From Eledone cirrhosa (taxonomy: Eukaryota), in NCBI GenBank assembly GCA_964016885.1, contig OZ024763.1, positions 7,440,001-7,504,000 of the forward strand: a stretch of 64,000 bases of DNA. The letters are read 5' to 3'. This document shows positions 12,592 through 25,126 of the stretch, in pieces. Within the stretch, counting starts at the first letter, position 1. Each line of letters starts with the position of its first letter. A model generated the notes under the pieces. The model saw only the letters and a program-made list of their open reading frames with translations, was not told the origin of the DNA and made no database searches. The position numbers and the translations under genes were made by a program.

Positions 12592-13976
12592 TAAGATATA
12601 TATATATATATATTTATTAAGATATATATATATATATATATATATTAAAATATATATATAATAAAATAAGGACGAATGGGTACACATTCATTACGTTTAT
12701 TGATTCGTGGCGCGCGTTTCGCTATTCATCAACTTAAGGTTCGTTCTGTATCGATCTAGCCCGACCCTGTAATCAATAACTTGTATATATATGTGTGTAT
12801 GTATATATGAAATCGCCCATGGGACACCCTGGTGTAATCTAAATACACAGAGTGTGCGGTTAGCTGTTTTTAAATGATTACCCCTCCTCATATTCCCTTG
12901 TTTATATACTGTATTGTAATACATGGCAACCTTAATACTTAATAATATCGAGATGAAAATATAAATGTTAATACAGTATTCCAGAAGTAAAATAGAGATC
13001 TAATGAGAGGAGGTGAGTATTATAACTTTTATAAGAAATAAAGATCTAAAGACGAGTGAAAACTTTCATCAACGAAATCGTAATGTACACCAAGGAAAAT
13101 ATATGTCTACAGAATACAGATTAGTAAAATAAAGTTAGAGCAAATAAATGAGAGGTCACTTAACTTTACATATTTAGTTTTATTTATATCGTGAAAAATG
13201 TTGATCTTCAGATATTAAATTGTGGATGTGATTGTCTTTGTCTTTACGTGTTTGTTGGAAATATTTTTTTAATGTTTGTCTTTCTTTAAACATTGTCTTT
13301 TTTTTAAAATTAATTTTAGATTATTCGTACCTCATCTCTGTGGTCTCTTTTGATGGAGTCTACCTGTGCTGTTTATTGGTTTTATTTTAAAAGTAATCCA
13401 TTGGAACATCAGATATTAAATGAAATGTTACGTAAAAGACACACCATGTGTTTATTCCAGGTATTTAGAGAGATGTCCACTGACAACAAAATAAGGAAAT
13501 GCCATCATCCAGTAAAACTTGGTAATAATCCAGTCTCGTCACACTCACCGTTTACAGTAAACAATGGTAAGAACAAACAAAAACAAGAGAACTATTCAGC
13601 AGTTAATGAAGTGAATACATAAAATAAAAAAAAAACATTCCTGAATAAAATAAATTCTTTACTTTCATTAAATTGTTTCTTTACTTTCTTTTATAAAACA
13701 CACTTATTAATATAAATTAAGCACAGCATCGTAGGTTCAAATCTTACTTGCATGTATATATAGAAAGCACGTTTAACAATTTACGGGTACGACGAACTAA
13801 GCTGGAATGATGTATGACATTATTGCAGACGGAGTTGTTGTAGGTTCAAATAAAGTCTAGATTTACTTTATGAATTCAAGGACGTCCCAAAAAAGCCATG
13901 AATGCCACTACATCGAGTTTTCAACCGAACAAAATGTAGTTTTATAAATATTAATTTTCACTATGATTTCATAACC

Positions 13977-14341
13977 GTCTCAGTGGTCTAGTGGTAGACA
14001 TTAGAGACAGTGGTGATATTGATTAGGGGTTCGATCTCTGTCAGGTGTACATGAAAACCTTGTACAGAAATTCTGTTTTTATAAAAAATTGAAAAAGTAG
14101 GTTTATAAATATTAATTTTCAGTAAGTTTTTATAACCATCTCCGTAGACTAGTGGTAAGTATTAGAGGTGATGGAGGTGCTGGTCTGGGGTTCGATCTCA
14201 GTCTGATTCCTGCAACCTCTATTTTTCGTTCATTTTATGAAAAATTTAAAAAATTAAAATTTCTCGAGAGATTCCTGACTGAGATTGAACCCCAGACCAG
14301 CATCACCACTGTCCCAACACCTACCACTAGGCTACCGAGAC
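13977..14341. ncRNA. Three tRNA-like cassettes (+13977-14046, +14138-14207, -14273-14341)
   Basis: TGGTCTAGTGG..GGTTCGATC and relatives, each preceded by a gtag(g/t)tttataaat..taatttt-type motif. Confidence 0.55.
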
Positions 14342-14869
14342 AACTACAAAATTACTATCAAAATTAAAATTTATAAACCTACTTTCTATTTAAAAGAAAA
14401 ATTGATGTAGTGGCCTTCATGGCTTTCCCAATGATATTAATTCAAAATGGTTCACTTTCATTTTTATTCTTCGCGCGCTTCCGTAAAATATACCTTATCA
14501 TTTCTCTAGGGTTGATTTCATCCTACAACCTGATGATCTGCAGGGACATTCATCAATGGTCATACCTGATTATATATATATATGTGTGTGTGTGTTATAT
14601 TTGATCCTGCTATGTTGTGCTCAGCAATAATGGTTTTCAATTCCGTCTTCCCTCCATCCTTGGTGTGTATATAAATCTATATATGTGATTTCAACGTACA
14701 ACGACAATATATACATCATTTTTGTTTGATAAAACTAATTCTACAACCCCTGATAAACATTGAAACCACGACTATAAAATATAACAACAACCACGACATA
14801 ACAGCTTTGGTTAAATATAATTTAATTAAATTATTGCTAGAGATTGATCCCTAATATTTCTTCTCACTC

Positions 14870-16030
14870 CTTAACCAGAGAGAAAATGTCCTCGGACTCG
14901 GACAATATTGATAAGGAGAGAGTGTATCCATACTTGGCAAATCTTTCCAGTTCACATGGTATATAAAAGGCAGTAAGAAGTGACTTGTTACTCCTACGAA
15001 CGACATTGTCAGTTAGCCTTCTATAGCGAGGGAAGAAGGCTGTGTGTTTTTTCTCCTATCACATAACATACATTTGTCATTCATTAGATATCAATATACA
15101 AGAGAAAGAAAAAATTGAGAGCTTCACTCTTTTAAAAGTAACATTTATTACATTAGAATTAACGATAGTTTGTGACACTAAACATGGAAACACTGCGAAC
15201 AATTTTGAGACAAGCTAATTACTATGAGAAGGACAAATCTTCAACGCCTAGATATTTCTAAAGAAAACTGAAATGAGAAATTGATTGAAATGGAATAATT
15301 ATTGAGACACCTTATAATATTTTTCGGGATATGTCTTACCTTATTTTGAAGAAATAAATGTTTCGGGAAAGAGTTAATAAGAAGCTATATATATATATAT
15401 ACTTTGCTTATATATATATATATACTTTAATTATTATATTTGTACAACGAAGTTATAAAAAGGAAGCATGATTTGGGATCGAATGTGGAGCAAAAAACGA
15501 GCTTCTTGTACCCCTCACAGAAGAATTGTGAATATGTATGAATATGAATTGAAAGATGGCTAACCATGTTGAAGCAAAAGAGGGAGACGGATAATAGAAA
15601 TAATAAAACATTCTGTTCCCTAGCTAAATGCTGAAAAATCTAAAACTCTAGATGAATATGTATGATACCACTGAGAAAATTGTCAACCGACATCCGAAAA
15701 AACGGTGAGGCTCTTGAAGCAACCAAGAGAAGAAAAAACAGAAAACACTATAATTATTTAAGGATCTATCTTGTGAAAGAAATGTGAACTTTTGTAAATT
15801 TAGAGGAGATAAATCTTAGGGGAGCAGGATAAAAATATAAAGACTATTTAAATATTAGTACACTATTCCATATAAATGTCAACACTTGAAAATATCAACA
15901 TTAGTTCACTATACCAAGGACAAACACTTAGAATTACAACTTTGGAGGAGATTAATCAAACGAGTGACATGATAGAAATATTTAAAATAATGAAAGCACT
16001 TCAAAATACAGAATTGGGGAAGAAAATGAA
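14870..16030 (+). mobile_element. Degenerate LINE RT relic, diverged unit
   Basis: Homologous to 3720-4300 and 8700-9215; includes ttacaactttggaggagattaatcaaacgagtgacatgatagaaatatttaaa. Confidence 0.65.
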
Positions 16031-16502
16031 AATTGATATATAAACCTACTTTCTATTTTCGAAGCTTAATTGACGTGGTGGCCTTCATACCTTTCTCAGT
16101 CTTATTAATACCGCAAAGGTGTCGACATGTCTTTTACTATTCTGTAGTTTTCAGAAAATATATCATGATTTTATTTTTATCTCTTTAGGTTTGATTTGAT
16201 GCTATAACCACCTGATGTCCTTCAACTGTCATACCTCAGTGTCTAGATGGTGGCCTGGCTTGATGGTTTCTAAACAGATAGCCCTTTAAACTTGTGTTGC
16301 GTATGCAATAATCGTATCAGCAAATGATGATGGGACCATGTTGAAGCAACGTTATGTGCATCCTTCCAAATTCGATATGGTAAGCTATGTTCTTTTTATC
16401 AGCTTCGGCTTTTATTTATAAACGTTTATGTACGTACGAGTCTAGATAAGCGTACGTATGTATACCTGTTTAAGCTTGTGTGTATATAAGTATTTATAAT
16501 AA

Positions 16503-16790
16503 ATGTTTCTACGTTTGACACAAGGCCAGCAATTACCCAGTGCATTACTGGTACTTTATTTTATCGAGCCTGTAAGGATGAAAGGCAAAGTTAACCTCGG
16601 CGGGATTTGAACTCAGAATGGCAAGAGCCGTAACTCTATACGTCAAAGCATGACGTCCTACCTTCTACTGATACTGCCAATCCACCGCCCTCTAATCAAC
16701 GCCTTTCATCCTTAAGGAGTCGATAAAATAAAGTACCAGTAATGTACTGGGTAATTTGCTGGCCTTGTGCCTAAAGTAGAAACAATTATA
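16503..16790. mobile_element. tRNA-derived SINE (full copy on -, 16503-16691) plus inverted 3' half (+, 16701-16790)
   Basis: Head agggcggtggattggcag..gagttcaaatccc; central gcctttcatcct..gtcgataaaataaagtaccag (resembles the MetaSINE domain); tail ggccttgtgcctaaagtagaaaca. Confidence 0.85.
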
Positions 16791-17757
16791 AGTATTTATA
16801 ATAATGTTGTCCTCCCCACTTTATTGTGACAACTACTACTATTAATAATTTTAACAATATTTTTATTATTAATTCCACACGTCTCTTATCCTCAACACTT
16901 GCTATGGCTTTCCCTCTTACATGTGATATATACTTACTATATATTTACTAATCAACATTTAATGGAAGGTGTAGAGATGTGTGACGGGACATCTGGCGGA
17001 ATCCTTAGTGGCGACATGAGAACTCCGTACATCTGTGCACCCGTATATATTTATATGTGTGTGTGTGTGTGTGTGTGTTCATAAGCCCAAATGTCTATGA
17101 TTATAAGGTAACCCTATGTGTTATGTCCATTTCCACATGGCATCTCTGGTCTTCGATGTTGTCGCCGCCTGCTTTACGTAGCATCTGAACTATCTAATAT
17201 TTATTCAGAGAGGTTCTCCCGTCATATCGCAAATATTCCTTTCTGACTCACGGAATACTTGTCTAGCATTATCGAGTGAAAGATATAAAATATATCTCTG
17301 ATGTTTCTATGTATGTATGTAGGGACCTATAACTTGTGAGGGAGTTGTAGAGGTCCCACATTGACATTCGGGGTGTTCGGGGCATTTTGTATAAGGTGAC
17401 AGATCCGATCTCTACCCCAGATAGGTTATGTTTTCCTGAGACGGATATAGAGTGAGAGAAAGGAATTAAGAAAGAGATATAGAAGAATTGACCCCAGTAC
17501 TACACTGCTACTTCGTTCTAACTACCTCGAATGGTTCAATATTGGAACAAAATCTTTGATGTACCTATATAAGTCATACCAGTTCTATTTGTGTGTTTAT
17601 GTACATATCTGTTTCCGTCAGTGTACGTAGAGTAGCAAGTTCGGTTTTCACACGAGCAAGCATGTGTCCTGATGGTTTGTCAATCGTTATTATGCTGGTA
17701 TATATGTGCTTTTAATATATATGTATGAGTATTTGCATAGAAGTGTTTATGCATGTA

Positions 17758-17810
<53 letters not shown>

Positions 17811-18280
17811 GAGAAGATATGTATCATAAGAAAAGAGGAGACAAAAAAGTGTGGTTCAGTATACTAGACGCCAATAGCCGAAGCGAGGTGTGCTCAATGC
17901 TTAAGGTGCAGAGTTAAATATTAAAGAAGGGTTATTATTTAATGAATATATATGTGTACGTATATATGAAATCGCCCAGGTTGGGAAACCCAAGCTAAAT
18001 AAAGATGGAGTTGAGAGATCAGTGTTTAAATAATTATCCCTTCCCTACTTCCCCTTGTCTGTAGACTGTATTCTAAATATTATATAACAACCTTAATACT
18101 TAATAATATAGACATGAAAATATAAATGTTAATACAGTATTCCAGAAATAAAATATAGATCTAATGGGAAGAGGCGACATTAAAGGTAAATGACACCTCT
18201 CATTTGCAATATTTTTATTGTATTGTTGTATCTAAGTATTATAGATGATTTAAATTTTATTTTGTATAAAAAGAAATATC

Positions 18281-18469
18281 ATTGTTTCTACTTTTGGCAC
18301 AAGGCCAACAATTATCCTAGTGCATGACTGGTACTTTATTTTATCGACCCCGTAAGGATAAAAGGTAAAGTTAACCTCAGCGGGATTTGAACTCAGAGCG
18401 TAAAGGGCCGTGACTATGCTGCAAAGCATGGTGTCCGACTCTCTACTGATACTGCCAATCTACTGCCCT
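18281..18469 (-). mobile_element. tRNA-derived SINE, same family
   Basis: Full-length homology to 16503-16691. Confidence 0.85.
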
Positions 18470-18855
18470 TAAAATTGTATTATATTTCTTATAAAAAGAA
18501 ATATAATACAATATTTACAGAACGAAAGCACAAACAAATATATAATATAATATAATATAATATAAAGGAAAGGGAAAGGAAAAACAAAAGAAAAAAACAC
18601 ACAGAAGCTAGATGTTTCGACAGCTAGATCCGAACTAATTTGTTTGCAACGTTTTTTTATATGAAATCGCATGTCGAAACAAATTATATTTGGGGAGGGT
18701 CATATTGTTATAACATTGCCAGAAATATATAATAAAACAGTTTGGGTTGGGTTGGTTTTGGCTTCCGTATATTCTACATCCCTATAGTTAATTTAGCTGG
18801 CAATCAATGTTTATCATTGATTGACCAACTGTTTATATATATATATATTTATTTA

Positions 18856-19302
18856 TAGTCTGAGTTCTTTCATCACACACTTGTGACATCATCAGTGATA
18901 TTATTGTTTCTTCCCGTTGTATTGTAATGTTTACTTATTCAATTGTTTATTCATTTGTCTCGATTTCCGAATGTGTTTCTATGCGCGTTTTCTGTTTGGT
19001 TTGTGTTCGTGTTTGTATTCTATCTTTGGTCACTAGTGTGTATTTATATGGTTGTTGTTGTTCCATTCAAGTTTTCTGTTCTACTTCGGTTTTCTTGGTT
19101 CTATTTCAGTTGCTTCCCTAATTTGGGTTTTCTTAAAGGGTTAAGGTTTACTGATCAGGGATTTTATAGTAGATCCTGGCTTTTCTGCCACTTTAATCTT
19201 TCTTATGGCCTTTGATTGGTTGTTGTACATTAAAATACAACAGGAAGAAACAATAGGATCACTGATGTTACAGGTGTGTGACGAAAGAACTCTGAGAGAC
19301 TA
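18856..19302. mobile_element. Penelope-like relic, family E, with ~70-bp inverted ends carrying degenerate hammerheads, in (TA)n
   Basis: -: atca CTGATGA tgtcacaagtgtgtgat GAAAgaacTC; +: gatca ctgatgttacaggtgtgtgac GAAAgaacTC tga; both arms share ggaagaaacaata. Confidence 0.65.
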
Positions 19303-19377
19303 TATATATATATATATATATATAGGGATGGGGGATATTATTATATTTCCAGAAATAATAAAACTCACTTTTATTTA

Positions 19378-19428
<51 letters not shown>

Positions 19429-19544
19429 ATATGTATTCCCCATTTCTCTTTTTCTATTTATCATCTATTTATTTTTGAAATAACTTTTTATAGTAATGGG
19501 CTAGAATGGTTTGACGTTGTACCTCTGTAGTTAGACGACATAGA

Positions 19545-19778
19545 TTTTCCATGCATTATGGCATGAAGCGACTGAGAGTACAAGACTCCACCCTGGACAG
19601 GGCGCCAGTCCATCGCAGGGTTAAACCCCCATCTATTGTTGGTACTCATTTTCAGCTGAGTCTACTGGAGCAACGTGAAATGAAGTGTGTTGCTCAAGAA
19701 CACAACACAGAACCCAGGAATCGAACCCACGATGTTATGATTGTAAGTCCAAGACCCTTACCACTAGGCCACGTGCCT
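19545..19778 (-). mobile_element. Second tRNA-derived SINE family
   Basis: Head aggcacgtggcctagtggtaagg..gggttcgattcc, then gttgtgttcttgagcaacacacttc (CORE-like) and cctgcgatggactggcgccctgtccaggg (V-SINE-like). Confidence 0.75.
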
Positions 19779-19859
19779 CTCTCTCTCTCTCTCTCTACAC
19801 ACACGTTACCCTTCTACAACTCCACGCATACTGATATCCCCTCCTGTTCAAAAGCCCCC

Positions 19860-20102
19860 ACACTATCTCCATGTTAGCCCCCCACACATACACTCTCGCC
19901 ATGTTTGTCCCCCCACACACACACTTTCGCCATGTTTGTCCCCCCCCCACCACACTCTCGCCATGTTTGCACCCCACCACACTCTCGCCATGTTTACCCC
20001 CACCCCCCACCGCTCTCTTCATGTTAGCCCCCCACATACACACACACCACACTCTTCATGTTAGCTCCCCACATACACACACACCACACTCTTCATGTTA
20101 GC
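19860..20102. repeat. ~30-bp minisatellite cactctcgccatgtt(a/t)gcccccc
   Basis: About eight degenerate copies. Confidence 0.85.
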
Positions 20103-20224
20103 CATATTACCTCCACATTGTTGATGTTAACCCTATATTCTCTAAATTAACCCCCACACAAAAAATTACCCCCTACTCACACACACACACCGTTCATATA
20201 ACAAATATTGTTTTAATTTTGTAG

Positions 20225-20410
20225 TGACCCAGTCCCGTCCTGGCAACCTTACAGAAGAAGGGGACGTCATTGTTCTGGCTGACCACACCAATACCCACCC
20301 ATTTGCCCTCTGTCAACATAAACGTAAATATTATCTCTGAGATTGGTCTGGCTGTCTACCATCTCCAGTTTAAACTGACCGGAGATGGTAAACAACACTG
20401 TATATCTATG
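20225..20410 (+). CDS. Candidate exon of an unidentified gene or pseudogene (frame unresolved)
   Basis: Unique island; acceptor ttttgtag (alternative ttacag at 20254); strong donor ATG|GTAAGT; one frame is open from 20228 (..KKGTSLFWLTTPIPTHLPSVNINVNIISEIGLAVYHLQFKLTGDGKQHCISM). Confidence 0.35.
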
Positions 20411-20476
20411 GTAAGTATTGTTGGTTTATATTAAGGCTGTGTATATGTGTTTGTGTGTGTGTTTGTGTGTATTTAA

Positions 20477-20695
20477 CACTTTAGCATTCACATTACTCTA
20501 TATCTACTATCGTATTTTTACAGTAAAGACTTGATCTCCCATAATTATTCACATCGAATCTGAGATTTTGATGATGATATTATTTACTTTGAAAACAATA
20601 TCTTAACATCAGTATGTGTGGCTAGTTACGGTCGGTTTGAACAGAAAGAGGTGAGAGAATTTTGGCCAGATATGGCCGGTTTAAATGTTAAAGGG
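20477..20695. mobile_element. piggyBac-like MITE with TTAA target duplication
   Basis: ttaa|cactttagcatt..aatgttaaaggg|ttaa; homologous to 62436-62655. Confidence 0.8.
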
Positions 20696-20750
20696 TTAAA
20701 CATGCGTATGTGTTCTCTCTCTCTCCGGGTCTCTGTCTCTCTCTCTGAAG

Positions 20751-20829
20751 AGATGGGCTCCACCAGGTTTATAAATGCCCAAGGCACACTCTACATCTCT
20801 ATGGCGCCCCGACTCCTCCAAGAGTTGGG
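20751..20829 (+). CDS. Candidate exon (DGLHQVYKCPRHTLHLYGAPTPPRVG or MGSTRFINAQGTLYISMAPRLLQELG)
   Basis: Pyrimidine tract plus AAG acceptor, weak GG|GTACAC donor; the first reading ends in phase 0, compatible with 21212. Confidence 0.3.
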
Positions 20830-21056
20830 GTACACACACACATACACAAGTAGAAGGGAGAGAGAACGTGAGATGGGAGACACACATACATGTATGTGTC
20901 TCTCCCATCTCAGGTTCTCTCTCTCTTCTACTTACACACACACACACACACACACACAGTCTACAGTCAACACACACACAATCTACATTCTCCCTCCCTT
21001 CCTTCCCTCAGCCACAAAAACCTTCCACCACCACCACAAAAATTCAGCCACAAATA

Positions 21057-21135
21057 CAGGGTGACCCCCCAAAATCCATACACATATTTATTAGAATATT
21101 GTTGAAGCGTGTATACATTTTTGGGGGACACCCTG
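21057..21135. mobile_element. Tc1/mariner-type MITE, TA target duplication
   Basis: ta|cagggtgaccccccaaaa..ttttgggggacaccctg|ta. Confidence 0.8.
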
Positions 21136-21211
21136 TATATGATACATAAACTAAATAAATAAAACTAATAAATTAACCTTCTGACCCCTGGTGGTATTTC
21201 TTTCTTAGTAG

Positions 21212-21354
21212 GAGGAAACAACTGGTCACTACCAAATAGAAATTTATGTGCCAGAGGGAAGGAGTGATGCTATTGATCAAACACAAGCCAGGAGTATCAT
21301 CTGCCTCTCTCCTGTACTGAAGGAGTCTACCAGTGTTGATGGTTATACCAACAG
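21212..21354 (+). CDS. Candidate coding exon EETTGHYQIEIYVPEGRSDAIDQTQARSIICLSPVLKESTSVDGYTN
   Basis: Branch-like ctgac, acceptor tttctttcttagtag, donor CAG|GTTTGT; only one frame is open across all 143 nt. Confidence 0.5.
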
Positions 21355-21439
21355 GTTTGTTATATCTATATAATCTATACATATTAGTATATTGGTCAAG
21401 TCGTATATTTGATTCTTATATATATATATATATATATCT

Positions 21440-21901
21440 TTTCATACGTCTGAGTTTTCCTGCTTGCAAGGGTGGGACGGGTCCTATTCAGCACAGCATC
21501 TCTCCATCGTCACTGTCCTTCGTCGTCATCTGTGAGTTTCAGCGATCTGAGGTCAGCTCTCACCACTCCTGCCCATGATTTTCGTGGTCTTCCTCTACTG
21601 CATCTTCCTTCTACTGGGATTTCTTGGCACTTCTTTACCCAGCGGTCATCCTCCATGCGCATCACATGTCCATACCATCGCAGTCTTCTCTCCTGCACAC
21701 CACAACTTATCCCTCTTATACCCAGTTTCTTTTTCAACTCGTCTATACTTGGTCGTTCACACACATTGACATTGCACATCCAACGGAGCATGCTTGATTC
21801 ATTTCTCTCCAGCCGTCGCATATCCTCCGCAGTTACTGCCCATCTCACACAGGCATCATATAACTGGATTTTCGTTCGTAGGGAGAAACCCTTTGTCAAC
21901 A
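21440..21901 (-). mobile_element. RTE-clade LINE 3' fragment
   Basis: ORF 21510..21899 ..LERNESSMLRWMCNV..QERRLRWYGHVMRM..VEGRCSRGRPRKSW is typical of the RTE RT C-terminus. Confidence 0.92.
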
Positions 21902-21909
21902 GAATGATA

Positions 21910-22092
21910 TAGAAATGACTTCTACAGGACTAGAACTTTCATTTCAAGGAAATCGGGGCTTTCCTAATGATTTCCTTCGAATGAAATATTCCTAGTCCTG
22001 TAGAAGCTATTTCTATATTATATTTTGTATATACTCTACTAATGTATTGAGTACTTTACCTACTGTGGTTTCCCCCTCGATTGAACCCGAGA
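21910..22092. mobile_element. Family A Penelope-like inverted relic, degenerate hammerhead
   Basis: ggctttcctaatgatttccttcgaatgaaatattcctagtcctgtagaagc followed by the family tail tattgagtac..tgtggtt..gattgaacccg; partial inverted copy on the left. Confidence 0.65.
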
Positions 22093-22113
22093 CTCTCTCA
22101 CACACACACACAC

Positions 22114-22151
<38 letters not shown>

Positions 22152-22156
22152 CACAA

Positions 22157-22320
22157 TTTAATGTCCATTTTTCTACGCTTGCATGGGTTAGACGAGTTGT
22201 CCTATTGTGGGCAATGCCAGGTCAGGTGACCATGTTTTGCTCATACAGAACTGATCTTGGCTTCGCTTTAACAGCTGGAAGCCTTTCCAAACGCTAACCA
22301 CATTTACAGTGAGTACTGTT
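22157..22320 (-). mobile_element. RTE-type 3' tail / SINE fragment (similar tail at 62143-62230)
   Basis: tttaatgtccatttttctacgcttgcatgggttagacg resembles catcgtttgacgtccatcttccacactagcatgggttggacgg and the tail at 21445-21480. Confidence 0.6.
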
Positions 22321-22669
22321 TATTTTGTATGTCGTGACCCCTACACCTTGGTCAAAATCAGTGACTCCTACACCTTGGTCGGAGCAGTGATCTCTAGTTT
22401 TCTTTCAAACTATATTTTTTTATTTAAATTTAATTAAAAGAAATTTTATTAGATTTAGTTTCGGATAATTCTGTTTACATAAATAGCAAATCTTTTGATA
22501 ATTTATGTAAAGTAAATATTGTATATACTTGTATATATGTCGATAAATGTGACAAAATATTGATGGTAAAATAGGGAGGAGGACTTGTCTTCGAGGTCAA
22601 TATTTTGATTTCACCAACTTAAAAATTATATGTAAATGAGGTGCTATAATATTTTCTCTTTGGAGATGA

Positions 22670-24270
22670 ATGTTGCACCAGTTTCACTTTGGAGGTGAAT
22701 ATTACACCAGTTTCACTTTGGAATATTACACCAGTTTCACTTTGTAGGTGAATATTGCACCAGTTTCACTTTGGTGGTGGATATATTACACCAGTTTCAC
22801 TTTGGAATATTACACCAGTTTACACTTTGGAGGTGAATATTACACCAGTTTCACTTTAGAATATTACACCAGTTTCACTTTAGAATATTACACCAGTTTC
22901 ACTTTGGAATATTACACCAGTTTCACTTTAGAATATTACACCAGTTTCACTTTGGAATATTACACCAGTTTCACTTTGGAATATTACACCAGTTTCATTT
23001 TGGAATATTACACCAGTTTCACTTTGGAATATTGCACCAGTTTCACTTTGGAGGTGGATATTACACCAGTTTCACTTTGCAGGTGAATATATTACACCAG
23101 TTTCACTTTGGTGGTGGATATATTACACCAGTTTCACTTTGGAGGTGAATATTTCACCAGTTTCACATTGGAATATTACACCAGTTTACACTTTGGAGGT
23201 GAATATTACACCAGTTTCACTTTGGAATATTACACCAGTTTCACTTTGGAATATTACACCAGTTTCACTTTGGAATATTACACCAGTTTACACTTTGGAG
23301 GTGAATATTACACCAGTTTCACTTTGGAATATTACACCAGTTTCACTTTGGAATATTACACCAGTTTCACTTTGGAATATTACACCAGTTTCACTTTGGA
23401 TATATTACACCAGTTTCACTTTGGATATATTACACCAGTTTCACTTTGGATATATTACACCAGTTTCACTTTGGATATATTACACCAGTTTCACTTTGGA
23501 TATATTACACCAGTTTCACTTTGGATGTGGATATATTACACCAGTTTCACTTTGCAGGTGAATATATTATACCAGTTTCACTTTGCAGGTGAATATATTA
23601 CACCAGTTTCACTTTGCAGGTGAATATATTACACCAGTTTCAGTTTGGATGTGGATATATTACACCAGTTTCACTTTGCAGGTGGATATATTACATCAGT
23701 TTACACTTTGGAGGTGAATATTACACCATTTTCACTTTGGAATATTACACCAGTTTACACTTTGGAGGTGAATATTACACCAGTTTCACTTTGGAATATT
23801 ACACCAGTTTACACGTTGGAGGTGAATATTACACCATTTTACACTTTGGAGGTGAATATTACACCAGTTTCACTTTAGAATATTACACCAGTTTCACTTT
23901 GCAGGTGAATATATTACACCAGTTTCACTTTGGATGTGGAGATTACACCAGTTTCACTTTGCAGGTGAATATATTACACCAGTTTCACTTTGCAGGTGAA
24001 TATGTTACACCAGTTTCACTTTGGTGGTGGATATATTACACCAGTTTCACTTTGGAGGTGAATATTTCACCAGTTTCACTTTGGAATATTACACCAGTTT
24101 ACACTTTGTAGGTGAATATATTACACCAGTTTCACTTTGGAGGTGAATATATTACACCAGTTTCACTTTGGATGTGGATATATTACACCAGTTTCACTTT
24201 GGATGTGGATATATTACACCAGTTTCACTTTGCAGGTGAATATATTACACCAGTTTCAATTTGGAGGTGA
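22670..24270. repeat. Minisatellite with 24-bp core GAATATTACACCAGTTTCACTTTG and longer variants
   Basis: Directly visible; produces the LEYYTSFT repeat ORFs. Confidence 0.97.
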
Positions 24271-24837
24271 AATTTATATTTGCTATTATATTTGATGATT
24301 TTAATGAATATGACCTTGAAATCAATCAGAAAATGGTAACTCATTACATAAAGAAGTGAAATAAAAACTATACTCTAAATGACACTTAAAACATTTTAAA
24401 TATCAAAGTATTAAAACTTCATAAATATATTCTCCACTCATGAGAATTTCAAAACTGTCGTCTGTTGATTAGCCACCATGGCTTATAAATGGGGTTTGGA
24501 TTCTGTCCTATGTCTCAATTATAAGCCGATCCCTTTTTTATTTGACTATATATAGTAATTAGGGCAAGTTAATTTAGGGTCTTTTAAAGATTGTGACTCC
24601 TTTTTACTCCAGTCCACTCATTAACACAGCACATTAAACACTCACACATACACACAATTACACCACACCCTCGTTACACACCACATACTCCACACATGTA
24701 CTCACACACCATGTGCACACACCACGCGATACACATCACTCACCACACATTATGTTCTACACACAACACATCACACTCTACACACCTCACCACACACATC
24801 ACCTACACACCACACCACATATATCACCACACTACAC

Positions 24838-24990
24838 CGTCGGACGCCATGCTTTGACGCATAGAATTACGCCCCTTTCCATTCTGAGTTCAAATCCGGC
24901 CGAGGTTAACTGTCTTTCATCATTACGGGGTCGATAAAATAAATTACCAGTGGGTAATTGCTGGACTTGTGCCAAAAGTAGAAACAATTA
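24838..24990 (+). mobile_element. tRNA-derived SINE, 5'-truncated
   Basis: ctgagttcaaatccggccgaggttaac..ggggtcgataaaataaattaccag..gtagaaaca. Confidence 0.8.
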
Positions 24991-25126
24991 TATTAGTTTC
25001 TGTATATTTTCTATCTTGTGTAGTTATCATGTCGAGTCATTCCTATAATTGTAAAATCTAAAAGTACTGTCAAACTTTATTTGACATCACAAAAAAGTAA
25101 GTCTTACATGTTTTCCTATTTCTCAG

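Larger units (their letters stand above)
1..14400 (+). repeat. Segmental duplication copy A (left end runs off the window)
   Basis: Collinear near-identity with 42739-57540: same start ataatttctggtttaaaataacc, paired ORFs 85..267/42823..43005 and 14152..14367/57291..57506, shared end actttctatttaaaagaaaa. Confidence 0.95.
14570..18170 (+). repeat. More diverged partial copy of the same composite repeat (paralogous to parts of 7121-13010)
   Basis: 15500-16030 matches 8668-9215; 16030-18170 matches 10690-13010 with different insertions. Confidence 0.85.

Noticed and set aside
22748-24111. LEYYTSFT repeat ORFs, or a CRISPR-like array
   Set aside because: Head-to-tail minisatellite with no unique spacers and no cas genes, in eukaryotic context.
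24472-24555. Perfect Kozak gccaccATGG ORF (MAYKWGLDSVLCLNYKPIPFLFDYI)
   Set aside because: Only 25 codons, with no convincing donor or other support.
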